From: Octopus bimaculoides | Taxonomy: Eukaryota | Direction: 5' to 3' | Assembly (NCBI RefSeq): GCF_001194135.2 | Contig: NC_068994.1 | Location: forward strand, 2,781,000 to 2,844,999 | Length of the DNA: 64,000 nucleotides | In this document: in pieces, positions 13,305 to 26,129 of the stretch | Layout of the letters: each line of letters opens with the position of its first letter | How positions within the stretch are numbered: the stretch's first letter is position 1 | Program-made: the position numbers and the translations under genes | Notes under the pieces: model-generated | What the model saw: only the letters and a program-made list of their open reading frames with translations | The model's database searches: none | Told to the model about the DNA's origin: nothing

Positions 13305-13745
13305 ATTCTTTATACTATAGGCACAAGGCCTGAAATTTTGGGAGAAGGAGCTAGTCAGTTACATTGACCCCAGTATTTGACTGGTACATATTCTATCAAT
13401 CCCAAAAGGGTGAAAGACAAAATCAACCTCAGTGGAATTTGAACTCAGAATATAAAGATGGGCAAGCTGGCAGAAACGTTTGCATGCCGGGTGAAATGCT
13501 TAGCAGTATTTCATCTGTCTTTACGTTCTGAGTTCAAATTCTGTCGAGGTTGACTTTGCCTTTCATCCTTTCAGGGTTGATAAATTAAGTACTAGTTGCA
13601 TACTGACGTCAATCTAATCGACTGGCAACCTCCCCAAACGTTTTAGGCCTTGTGCCTAAAGTAAAAAAGAATATAAAGATGGACAAAATGCTTAGCAGCA
13701 TTTTGTCTGGAATGCTAATGATCTTGCCAGCTTGCTATCCTATTA
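13305..13745. mobile_element. Plus-strand SINE (13462-13667) nested in a minus-strand SINE
   Basis: 15-bp TSD AGAATATAAAGATGG at 13447-13461 and 13668-13682; the flanks join into one antisense SINE. Confidence 0.85.
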
Positions 13746-13989
13746 ATAATAATAATAATAATGTTTCAATTCTGGTGCAAGGTCACATATTTTAGGGAGC
13801 AAATTAATTGAGTGGCTCAACAATAGTGCATGACTGGTACATAGTGACTTGGGAAGGATGAAAAGTAAGTGTAACCTCATTAGAATTAAAGCTCAGAATA
13901 TGAAAGCCAATGAGCTGAAATTACAAATACTCTGGCCATCCTAATATTAATAATGATAACGATAATGACAATGAGTCATTTTAGTAACA

Positions 13990-14520
13990 CCACTGCCACC
14001 ACCACCACCATAAAAAGAAACCAAAACAGAAGATAAGCAGATATGTGAACAGAAGTAAGCAGTTCAAGGAGAAGAGATCATTCAAAAATAATCCAAAGCA
14101 ATTCTTCTGTGCTTTGGAAGAAGTGAATAGGGAGGATGTTGTTCCTAATGCTGACCAGGCCAAAGAATTCTGGAATGAGATATGGGGAAACACTGTGATG
14201 CATAGAAGAGATGCCAAATGGATAGAATCGATCAAGACAGAATTGCAAAGAGGAAATAGACAAAGATATATTGCCATATGCACACAACCAATGTCGGGTA
14301 TCAAACTGGAATGCTCCTGGTCCAGATGGGATCCATAGCTTTTGGTTGAAGAGGTGCAATATAGTTCATGAAAGACTGGCAACTCAATTGAATGAATGTG
14401 TCTAGCAAGGTGAAGTTCCCTCATGGCTGGTAATGAGAAAGACAACACTTGTAATGAAAGATAAAAGGGAAATTACCATCCCATTGTATGCCTCAACATC
14501 ATATAGAAGGTACTTAATGA
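13990..14520 (+). mobile_element. R4/Dong-type LINE fragment (pre-RT region)
   Basis: FKNNPKQFF..EFWNEIWG..AKWIESIK and a degenerate GNYxPIxCL motif. Confidence 0.6.
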
Positions 14521-14579
14521 AATATTTGTGGAGAAGGCAAATACTTTTCTTTCCATATGTTAGTTTAAAGATGAATAGC

Positions 14580-15400
14580 AGTGGCTATAACTGAAGCCTG
14601 AACCTTCAAGGATGATCAAATTGATGTGGCTATTCTGTTAAAATTCTCATACGTTGATGAGAAGAATTTCAAAAGGTTGAGGTTCGAGGAATAAGAGTTT
14701 AGTCAAAGCATTTACTTCAGTGTTTGGATGGAAGGATAGGGATGAGGAGAATGTGAGAGGTAACAAAAACTGATGGGTTGCAATTGATATCTTATATGCT
14801 CAGAACTAACACTAAGAGAAGAGATAGAGGAAAGAAGCAACATTTTGCTTGGCAAATGTGTATAGGACTCTCATGAAAGAAAGTTAGCCAGTTAGATATT
14901 CATTTATTTTTCAATATGATGCATGACTTTTTTTGGATTTGACTTAGGTTGTTTTTAAGCAGCATAATCCAAGTTATGAGAGATCTATTCCTATATGGCT
15001 CACACTAGAGCTTTGTAAAGCTAAAGTATTTTTAGTCCTACAGTTGACACTTTATCTTTTGTGACATAGTTTAAGCATTGTAATATATGTGAGGTTGCAA
15101 TGAAAGATTATGAGGCTTGCATTTGTAGCAACTTTGAAATTTTAATTTGCACGTTGTTCTCATGAGTAGAGAGGATGAAGTACAGCTCTGTCTTTAATAT
15201 TTGTAGCAACTGTTTCTTTATATTGTTGAAAGAAACTAGGATATCATATCCCTCAGTGGAATATGTTTCCAAGCTCTATATTCATCACAGCAGTGCATGT
15301 CAAATGTAAAGTGTTTTGTTTGCATGATAATTATGCTCATGTGGAAAAGATTATCAAAAATGAAGGCTGTCATCATCTGTAAAGGAGTGTTTTCAGCAAC
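14580..15400 (-). mobile_element. Very degenerate CR1-like LINE 3' region
   Basis: YKALV..-like remnant at ~15020; many stops. Confidence 0.3.
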
Positions 15401-15737
15401 AGTTAACATATGTGGGTTAGGTCTATTGAGATTATGTGTTAACCTTTATTGCTAATACCAAGAGAGAAAAGTGAGCAGTGGGAAGAATGGATTCTAAATA
15501 ATTAAAAGAATCATCTTTTGCAAAAAGGAATATAGTAAATTTCTTGAATGTCAGATAGAGATGGAGATTGAAATATGTCTAACTTAGAGACAAATAGAAA
15601 ACAAAGAAGTTTTGTGAACAAAAGATTAAATTACATAAGGAAAGCTTTAGGAATACAATGAAATGAATGTGCATTGAATAAAACAGTAATTCTTGTCATG
15701 GTGTGATTTTTAATACTCTTATTTTCTTTCTTTACAG

Positions 15738-18169
15738 AGCAACTCACTAAATACTTCACATGCTTTACTCCTATAACTGTGATTCCAAGCAATATGTTGT
15801 TATCCATATACATATTTTTAATCTTACTGCACTGTTGTCAATGTGTAGATCTCATCTATCATGTACAAGAAGAAAAAGGTGCAAACACCTTCGTTGGAGA
15901 TATTGCAAGTGACTCACAATTGTTTGCTAGTTTCTCATCTCAGGATTATGGACACATTACTTTTACTCAACTCAAACGCCGGCAGTCTAGTAGCTCTCTT
16001 CTGTTCAATGTTACTAAGAGTGGGAAATTATACACAGCCCAACGGTTAGATGCTGACTCTCTTTGTACATATAACAAAGAATGTTCAAAAATTGTCAAAG
16101 TTGCAGTAAGGCAAGCAGAAACATTTATAAAAGTATTGAAAATCAAAGTGATAATTGAAGATATCAATGATCATCAACCTGTATTTTCTGACAAGCAAAT
16201 TGATCTTCAGTTTTATGAGACAGATGGGAAAGGGACAAAGAAATCAGCGCCAAGTGCCATAGATGGAGACATGGGAGCTTTAAATTCCAAAATTAACTAT
16301 AGACTAAAAAATAATGTAAATCAGACATTTTCATTATTTGTTTCCAAAAGAGTTGATGGTGTATCAACATTGGAAATTATCTTAGAAAAAAAACTTGATC
16401 GAGAGATCAAAGATCTATATTTAGTGCAAGTTGTTGCTCAAGATGGAGGTTCTCCACCACATCAGTGTATTCTAAATGTTCAAATTTCTGTTATTGATGA
16501 AAATGATAATCGACCTGTTTTCTTTCAAAATATGTACAATGTTTCAGTGAAAAACACTCATTCAAGAATGAGGCCTGTTGTAATATTATCAGCAAAGGAT
16601 AAAGATTCAGGTGAAAATAGTCATGTTTCATATTACTTTAGTCCCAAGACATCAGCAATTGCAAGAGACCATTTTAGGATCAATAAAGAAACAGGAGAAA
16701 TTTTCCTTGATAAAACATCAAAGTTAAGTGAGAAAATGAATTTTAAGTTATTTATTGAAGCCAGAGATGGAGGTAGTCCACCTTTGAGTTCAATTGCAAC
16801 AGTTATAGTGAGTGTCTTGAATCAAGAAAATAATGCCCCAACTATAGATGTAGATTTTGTTTCTGTATTAACTGAAAACACTACAAAAATAGTTGAAAGT
16901 ACCAAAGTTGGTAGTTTCATAGCATATGTTATGGTTACAGACAATGATGTTGGACACAATGGAGAAGTCACATGTGACCTTAAACATGAAAAATTTAAAC
17001 TTTCTGCAATTAGTTCAAAAGAATACAAGGTTATTTTAAAAGAGCGTGTTGATAGAGAAATTGAGGATCATTATATAATTACAATAAAATGCCAAGACCA
17101 TGGATTCCCACCATTGCAGAGAGAAAGAAAATTTTCCCTTCAGTTGATCGATGTCAATGATGTACAGCCAATGTTTACTAAAGACACATTCAAATTTTTG
17201 ACCTATGAAAATGAAAAACCATCATTTCCAGTTGGATTTGTTAATGCCACTGACCCAGATTTAGGGCTAGGAGGCAAATTGTCATATGCTTTATTTGATA
17301 AAAACCAATTTGATATTCCTTTCAAAATAACAGACAATGGATTTATTTCAACTAGAAAATCTCTTGACCGTGAACAAAACAGCATTTATAAATTTCAAGT
17401 TTTAGTCAGAGACAATGGAAGTCCATCACTTAATAATACAGCTAACGTTATTGTTGAAATTATGGATGAAAATGATAATGCTCCTTATTTCACCTTTCCT
17501 AGTGTTAGCCCCTTTAGTTTGGATCTTCATTACCATCCACAGAGTGACACTGAAATCACTGTTCTGAGAGCATCAGACAGAGATAGCCATGTAAATGCTT
17601 TCCTTACCTATGAATTAATTGGAGGTAATGATAAACGATTATTTATGATTAATGCTCATTCAGGTATTTTATCTTTTTCTCGAGCAGTTTATCAAAATGA
17701 TGCAGGGTCATATGAACTTCAATTTATAGTTAAAGACAGTGGAAATCCAGTTCTATCAGCAACAGCCATTTTGTCCTTAACATTGACAGTCAGTAATAAA
17801 ACATCAACAATGTTAACAGCTGTCCAGATTCAATCCAGTGATATGATTGATGTAAACTTAGTTATAATTATTGTTGTTGTAGCAGTGGTGCTGTCTATTG
17901 CCATTGTGATATTCATTACAACATGCATTGTTAAATACAACTACCCCAGAAATGCTAACCATGGCACAGATGTAAATACTTCATACCAGTCAAGAAGTGA
18001 AATGCGAAATCTCATTTATCAAACTAACAATCGAGTTTCAATGACAAGAGGCCAAAATGAAGGCATGAGTCCAAATACTCCATCAATGAGATCAAGGGGT
18101 CAATTTTATCCAGAAATCGAATCTCAGAAACCTTCCACTATGATCAGAACACTTTCAAAGTCTTCACAA
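15738..18169 (+). CDS. Protocadherin unit 1, large exon (ATG 15794): signal peptide, EC1-EC6, TM, proximal cytoplasmic tail
   Basis: Acceptor TTTCTTTCTTTACAG|15738; 792 open codons from ATG 15794; cadherin motifs DINDHQP, LDRE, DENDNRP, DVND, DENDNAP; EC1 C-X5-C (CTYNKEC); TM LVIIIVVVAVVLSIAIVIFITTCIV; donor CAA|GTAAGT, phase 0. Confidence 0.97.
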
Positions 18170-18371
18170 GTAAGTTCATTGCTTTCATTATCATTATTTT
18201 AAGTTGTTTTATTGTTCAAGTGAAAATAATTGAGATTGATTCATGATAATATGAAGTAACTGAAGATTAATTTGTTGGTATTAAAACAAAAACTGATTTT
18301 TAAAATACAATAATGTCTGAAATAAATTATTTTTTTGTTTGGGAAGCAAGTCATTTTATTTTACTTCATTT

Positions 18372-19420
18372 ACTCCTCCCTTTTTAGCATTTTTTTTTTC
18401 ACTTCATACTCTTTCTTTTTGGCATGTATTTGCAGGAATTCTGTGTTCTTCCTTTTTCTTCCACTTGTATGCATGGGTTCTACCACCTGTAATGGTATTG
18501 GTACCTGGAATGTGTTATACAATCATTCCATAGGTTCTTCTAATCTGTCTGATTCGTTTTCTATGAATCTCTTCTTTAATTGGTTCATGTGTCTTTTTTC
18601 AATACCTTTTTTGCTTTTTACCCAATACATCATTTTTCCTATATACTTTGTAATTTCACCTTCTTCCTAGTACTGCTTTCCATTTTTATACAACATCATG
18701 TACACCTTATCACCAATTTTGAAAAATTTTTATATGACTTTCTTGGCACTTTTTCTTTCCTTGGCAGGTAACAGTTTATCAAAAGCTGATTTCACCTTCC
18801 TCATGAACATCAGTTCTGCTGGTGACCTTCCTGCTGGTGTATTGGAGTTTGGTGTCATCCTGTACACCCTTAGGAATTGTTGCAGAGTGACTTCTTCTGT
18901 GACTTCCTTGTTTGCTTTTCTCAAAGCTCTTTTAAACATGTCAACAAATCACTCTGCCAGTCCATTTGATCTGGGATGGTAAGGCACTATAATTCTATGT
19001 TCTACTGTGAACATTTCGCAGAATTTTCCATTATCAGATACAATCACGTCTGGGATACTGAATCTTGCGAATAATTTGTGCAAAAAATTTATTACAATTA
19101 AGGCAGTTGGTCTTTTGCATTTAACAATTTCCGGTCATTTTGTAAACCTGTCAACTACCACTAAGTAAGCGACTAAGTAGTAGTTAATGGACCCAAAAAT
19201 TGATGTGTAGTCTTGTCCATGATTTTTTACTTCTAGCCAAGGTTCCCATTTTTGAGTTGGCAATTTCACTGCCAGAGCAGGCTATAATTTTTTTCTACTG
19301 GCAATAGTGTCCTTGACATGTGCGCTATGGCCTTTTGGCTGCCATCATCACATTTGTGTAGGAGTATGGCACCTACTTTATACTCACTACCATCTGTTGC
19401 AAGTGTTATCTCCAACTTTG
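18372..19420 (-). mobile_element. Ty3/gypsy pol remnant (RNase H-like + integrase + PPT) in Pcdh1 intron
   Basis: LATDGSEYKVGAILLH; VVDRFTK; IVSDNG; YHPRSNGLAE; SPAELMF; purine tract AAAAAGGGAGGAG at ~18372-18385. Confidence 0.8.
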
Positions 19421-19599
19421 GATCGAATTGTTTATATCCTCATCACCACTGTTATAACGTGAACTCTTGTCCACTTGTATGTTATTTGTTGACAGTGTAC
19501 TATCCTTGTCACCACTATTATGTTGTGGTGGTATTCCATGTCTTATTATCTTTGACTTGTCTATCATGCTTTGCTGATAGCTCTGCAAGACGATGACTG

Positions 19600-20480
19600 G
19601 GAAACATCTAGAGTGCTAACATGGAGAGTGCTAACTTCATTTCTTTCTAGCATTTGTAGGTCTTCTGCATTTAGGCCCATGTCTCACTATCATGTAGTTT
19701 TGCTGTTCATATGCAAGTATCACAAATTCTGCCTTTTACTCTAAAAGACAAACCTTTTGTTGCCAACAGAGATAAACAGCTCCCTGAACTTTCATCTGCC
19801 TGTTCTTAGGCTTGCTGCTATACTTTCAAAACATCTTCCACCTCTGTTAATAAAGGTACCTAGGTAACAGAATCAATCTGTTAGCTCTGGGGAAATTTGC
19901 TTGGCAACTAAGAGTATTTTATTTTGTGTGCACTCTTCATGCTTATTACTTCTGCACAGCTGTCATATACAAATCTGCTTTCTCTAGTAACCTGTCCATG
20001 ATTCCACTGTACCTCTTGTGTGTCCATAGTTTGCATTGATTACACTGTATGGAATTCTACCAACTTCTCTTCTATATGTTGGGCAAGGTCATTTCTCTGA
20101 TGGGAGTAGGGTCATATCTACTTTCTCATTTGCTAATATTTTAGGCTTTGCTAAATTACTTTGAAGCTTTTCAATTCCAAGTTTGGCTTCCATGCTTGGA
20201 ATTTCTCCTCTAATCTTACTACAGTTTCTGCTATAAGAATGAGGACATCACAATATGTGAATTCCCATTTTTATGGTTAGGAAGTCTAAGATGACTAGAT
20301 AGGGATAGAGAACTGAACCTTGCTGGGCATACTAAATTCATTGCTATTTTTGTTTCTAACTCTTACCTGCCAACAGAATCTCTGTACATGGCTTTCACAA
20401 GCCATTTAACTTCTCTCAGCTTCTCAGCACCCACCGGATCACCAAGCTAGGGATTCTGTCAAAGGCTTTCTTTGGATGAA
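19600..20480 (-). mobile_element. RTE LINE fragment with PHD-like insert
   Basis: KAFDRIP, QGSVL-like, LEEKFQAWK, NSIQCNQCKLWTHKR, FCYLG, LHDSETWA remnants. Confidence 0.8.
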
Positions 20481-21511
20481 CCAATACACTGTTAAAAATT
20501 TTTGAGAAGTACAGATAAAAGTCTATTATGTATCAAATGAAGATGCCAATCAGTAATTTTAACCTTCAAATGCACTTTTAAAAGCGCTGATGTATGAACA
20601 GGGTTAGGGTTAGTAACAAAAATTATAGATTTAATTTGAAATTCAATTTGAAATTTTACAATTTTATTTAGATGAAGTGAGATGGAAATGCTGTAAAAAT
20701 TCCACATGCAAAAAGTTCCACACACCTATTCTGGAATAAAATTTTATGATATATTTTACTACAAAAATTAAAACAGCATCTTAATCAAAACAGGTTCATT
20801 ACATTTTCAAAGACTATATATAACCTTTGTTGCATAATCAAAATTAAGATCTTTCTTAAATAATATCACAATAAACTTTACGAAAATCACAACAATGTAT
20901 AAAGTATTGCTTTCTACCTCTGATGAAAGTAAAATTAAAAATTAAAATTAGAGTGTAAGAAAAAATGCTTTGCAGCATTTATTCCAGTTCTTTCTACTTT
21001 CAACTTTGTCTTTCCTTTCGAGATTGGTAAATAAAGGACCAGTCAAGTGCTGGGAGTGAAGCATCCAGCTAAATCCCTCTCCTCAAAATTGCTGGCCTTG
21101 TACATAAATTAGAAACAATTATTCCTGATAAAAGAGAGGTCATTCTAATATTTACTAGTGTTAATTTGAGACATAACTATCAACTAAAGAGCTAACCAGT
21201 GCCATCTAACATGACTATCAGCGGAAGAGCTAACCAGTGCTATCTTACTAGTACTATCAGATGGAAACTGAATCCAAGTTTACTAGGAAAAGGCTTATAC
21301 CACAAAATATTTTTTCAAATATAAGATATCAGCACATGAACAACACTAAATTGCTACAGAATATTCTTATCCTTAATAGAGATTTCTTAAAAGATTTTAA
21401 CAAATTAGAAATGGAGGAACATATCAAAACTGAAGACTGTAACTGATGCTCTTTTTCTGTCCTCACCAAACTTTATATTTACAAGTTTTTATTCTTTTTC
21501 AATACTCTTAG

Positions 21512-21668
21512 ATGTACAGTCAACCTGTTACTGTGACATCTGGTGGTGAGCCAATGGAGCAAAACATTGTTATGGTCCCTAACTATCTGAGTGATACAAT
21601 GTCTACCAAAAGAGACAGTGGACATAACTGGAATGAAGGAGAAACAAAACAATATGAAGAAATACCTG
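21512..21668 (+). CDS. Protocadherin unit 1, tail exon A (MYSQPVT...NYLSDTM...HNWNEG...IPG)
   Basis: Acceptor CTCTTAG|, donor G|GTATGT; 157 nt, phase 0 to 1; homologous to 47574-47730 and 59507-59654. Confidence 0.85.
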
Positions 21669-22453
21669 GTATGTTAGTGGTTATTTTCTGTTTTGTTTCC
21701 TCCTTGCTATTCATTAACCTTAATTTATTTGAATTGAAAGATGCTCCAAAACATGAAAATTATTATATTTGTAAATAAACTGATCATAACACAGAATCTA
21801 GCAAAAATAAGTTTTCTGTGTAAATTAGTTAAATTAATGGCAAGGATATTAGCAGGCATTAGTTTACTAACAAACCCTCTGATTTATAACATTATGGCTG
21901 CTAAAATCTCAATTTTGTTAAAATAGCCCTCTCAAAAATGCAAGAAAATAGGAGCATGACCCACAACTAATGTACAGTTTAAGTTTAAACACAGAAAGGA
22001 GTATACAAGATAAATCCAACCAACTTTATAAAATATCACTCTCATTTTAGCTCAGATCCTGAATAAATGGATTTGAAAAAAATACTATGCATGATACTTG
22101 AAAGAAATGTTTTACATTAACTGATGATAGAATTCAAGTTCCTGTTTTGAAACTACTTTTTTTTTCTTTTCATTTTGGAATACAATGTATATTTACAAGT
22201 TATTATTGTCATTAGAATTACATGTTAAAAAAACTTCCTGTATTGTTATCATCCTTGAAATATGCAACTGGATATGAAAGTTTAAACTTTCAGATAAGCA
22301 TATAATGGAATTCAGTTTGTCTTAGCAGGAAATAAAATAAAAAAATTTGTTGGCTATAACTGAAAAATATACATATATATATGTATATATTTTGTCAACA
22401 TATATATCCCAAAAAGAAGCACATACTAAAGCATAGAGCAGTAGTGTATTTAT

Positions 22454-22602
22454 ATGCAGTGAAGTTTATGTCTGGTCATAGAGTGACCTATGGTTTCACA
22501 TCCATAAAGGGCCTAGAGTCTGATGAGCCATCCATGGGGCTAGGCTCTTTATGGATGCAAAACCATTAGTCACTCTATGACCAGACACAGACTTAACTGC
22601 AT
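22454..22602 (+). ncRNA. Fold-back element containing a type I hammerhead ribozyme (22514-22577) plus an inverted copy of its 3' half
   Basis: TAGAGT / CTGATGA / G..stem II..C / AAAA CC ATT A GTC / ACTCTA. The left arm read on the minus strand gives intact GAAA CC ATA GG TC ACTCT. Sequence is related to the Penelope termini at 48074-48128 and 50070-50117. Confidence 0.75.
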
Positions 22603-22641
22603 CTAAAAATATACATATACATATATATGTATGTATGTATG

Positions 22642-22691
<50 letters not shown>

Positions 22692-22749
22692 CACACACAT
22701 ACATACATACATACATATATATATATGCAGAGTTTGACCACCTCCTGTA

Positions 22750-23385
22750 CCTGCACCTCAACCTCAGCACCATCATGGCATCTGATGTGGCTTTTTAAAC
22801 CAGACAATGTTCTGAAAAGATACCCACTTAGATTGCACATCCGATTTGGACCACCAAGAGCTGCAGATAAGTTCTGATCTTTGTGGATCTTTAAATGTCT
22901 TTTGAGGCCTCCATTTTGGCAAACCTTCTGCCATACATTGCATTCAAACGTGTGCTCAAATATATAGGCAGAATAGTTGGTGGAGGTTTGTTTTTCATGG
23001 GTTCACAAATTAGATTTGAGCCCAGCAAAAGAAAGGCATGGTCTGTCACAAACTGTGCACACAAAAAGGTCATTGTCATTCACCTTCTCAATCGTAACAT
23101 TGTTCCTTAGATCTCTGTTGAGTCTTACATGCATTATCCTGGATTCTTCAAATACTTTCACTCCACACTTTTGTTCGCCATCCAACTCGATCTGAAACAA
23201 GGGTTTCCATGTCTTATGGGTCCATTCCAAGTGACTGCCATCCTTAAACCTTTTTTTTTAGGTTTATGCTGATAGCATTTCCCCTCTGCAAGCTCACCAT
23301 AAAACAGGTGTTTTGGCATGCGTTCACCTGTCATTCAAACAATATGACCACACCATCTCATTTGGTACATATGTATGTATACATA
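22750..23385 (-). mobile_element. RTE (BovB-like) LINE 3' end with C2H2 fingers
   Basis: QMRWCGHIV..RMPKHLFYGELAEGK; CTVCDRPCLSFAGLKS; TLSGLKSHIRCH. Confidence 0.75.
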
Positions 23386-23833
23386 TATACATGTATACAT
23401 ATACACACACACATATATATATTGTGTGTGTGTGTGTGTGTGTGTGTGTGCTTGTGTGTATGCATACATATGCCACCAGATAATCCTCATGTGAAAATTA
23501 TGGTTTAAACTTTAAAATTGTCTGGAGATTTTAAATTATTTTATTTCTTTAACAAGATATATTAAAAGAAATGCAAATCTCACAACGTTAAGTACATATT
23601 CTAGGACAGAGATCTAAGATAAAATATATTCACCATTTTTTAACTGGTAAGTTATTTTTACAATATGTTTTTTAACCTACTGACGTGATAAATCTGATGG
23701 TCTAATTCAAGATTGAGTATTACTGTCAAGCATTTTATGGTTTATAATTATACTTAATTTTAAATTGGGTTTCTAAAACTATTATCCTGTAAAGATAAGT
23801 TTGATAATTTTCTCTTCTTTTGGCATTTTCCAG

Positions 23834-23880
23834 GGCTTTACAACTTCAGACACATATCATCCACTTCAAAGATGGACTGA
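23834..23880 (+). CDS. Protocadherin unit 1, probable terminal coding exon (GLYNFRHISSTSKMD*)
   Basis: Strong acceptor TTTTCTCTTCTTTTGGCATTTTCCAG|; phase 1 fits tail exon A; weak similarity to the paralog YSNYRPNIPPTPKSD. Confidence 0.55.
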
Positions 23881-26129
23881 AACCACAAAGACAGACATAT
23901 AAAAAGAAATCAATGAGATTGTAATAGAAATGAATCAACAAACAGGGAAGTGAACAAAATGCCTATAAGCCTTCCAGAGACAGAATCATAAAACACCCAT
24001 TTATGGTTGCATTCGATTGTAGGAGTGATATAGTACCATTTAATGTGAACGAGACAAATGTCTTTGAAATACATTAGTATTGTTAATATTGAAGATAGAT
24101 ATAACAAAAAATATTTTTTACCTCCATTCAATCATACAAGGTATGCATACAGACCATAACGAGGTGAACATAGATCTTATCTTCATTTTAAATATTCTGG
24201 TTTATATATACCCTGATATATGTTTTCCCTGTGTACAGATACATAATTATGCACATAATATATAGAAAATGTGTATGTAAAAATGTGTACATACACATTT
24301 GGGAGTATGAAAAAGATGACTCATCCTCAATACATGAAGAAGAGTTTAATTAATTTGGGGTGATGCTAAGTTCAAGTATCACTGTGATTGATTTTATCTT
24401 TCATCCCTTCAGGGTCAATAATAATAAGTCATGTGCTAGATTTAATTTAATCATCTGTAATAACTTCCTTAACCATAAGAATGTATGAAATTTATATTTT
24501 AGTTATTAAGGTAACAATATTTTATGCTGTATATCCTACATTTATAAAATAGGATTTAAAACAGTATGCAGTATTTATCATTTAAAGGAATATTTTTCAT
24601 ATTCCATGTTATGTGATGTAATGTCTTTTGCAAAAACGATCCTATATTTAGAAGAGAAATATTTTTATATAACGCTAACTGCTATAGTAAGCATAATTTG
24701 GCATTAATCATATTATGTTTTAACTAATAGATTATAACAGTTACGATGATAAGTGTAATGTATATTACTACTAAACAAAAATGCATGTGTCTGTGCATTT
24801 GAGTAGGAATGTACATGTCAGTGTACATTTGTTGTGTTTCATCCCAAGTCAACATTGATTCAGCGAATTGATTAAAGACATTCCAATCATGAACATCCTA
24901 TCTTTTTCCAAGGAACCCAGAACCATATTTACTAATGTGCCCTCTTATGGTAGTGCATGATTTGAAGAAAATTTGGCTGCACTCTCTAGCAGGTCTAGAA
25001 ATAAACCATGTAGAGGCCCCAACATTGGTCTGTTGAATGTATTCGAAGCATATCTGTATGGCAATTCTGTGATTTTCTTTCAAGTTGAAATTTTTAACAT
25101 TAACAATCACAATTATATACTGAATGAAGATGATCTAAATACGAAATATTACTGAATGTCATCTGTAATTGTGCATTTTCAAAACTTTTTATAAAGTTTT
25201 AAAGGTAAACATGTCAATTTAACAAAGGGTTTTGTTAAGAGTCATTGACAGATATTACAAATTAACATTGTTTATAAATTGATCCAATGCTTCAAGACAT
25301 AAACATATTTCAGATGACATAAACTGAANNNNNNNNNNCAAAGGGAATCAAACAACTTAAATCTTCAGTTATTTTTATTTTGTAATATTTGATATTGTGT
25401 AATTTTATCAAATCAGTTATTTCAAAGTAAAACTTTTAAAACACTTTTTATTTCCAGGAAATTTGCTAAATGCTTTCAAAATGAAAAGAAAAATTTCAAA
25501 TATCTCCAGAAAAAACATTTTTATAGGAAATGTTTTCACACATTGGTAAATTATACAATAAAGAAAATGATTTCTCATTTTTTACTTGTTTCCAAGAGAA
25601 AATCTGTTCCCAAATTAAATGTTTATTTGTTAAATAAAAGTCATTGTAAAATCTTTCCTTACAGAATATGTATGTGTGTGTGAGGGAGGGAGAGAGTGTG
25701 AGAGATGATTTATATAAAAGAAATCTCTATTTTAGGTAATGTAATATTTTAATATTAAAACATTCCAATCATAATATGATTGGAATGCTTCAATAGATAT
25801 GCATGTCATTAGATTTTACACAAAATTTGACACTATAAATGTGACAGTGGACAAGAAATGTAGCATGACTGTGTTTAAGAGTGAACAGATAATGTATTGT
25901 TGAAATACTGTTAAAAGTGTACATATTATTTGAGTTCAATTTTTTAAGGTCCTCTTTTTTCCAATGGTGTTAGGAAGTGCATCCGGCTGTAGAAACTATA
26001 TCAAAGCAAACATTTGAGCTTTGCACAGTCTTCTGGCTCACCACCTACTGTCAAACTGTCCAAACCATGCCAATATGGACTTTAAATGATGATAATGATG
26101 ATGTAGAGTATAGTTATGACAGTCAGAGG

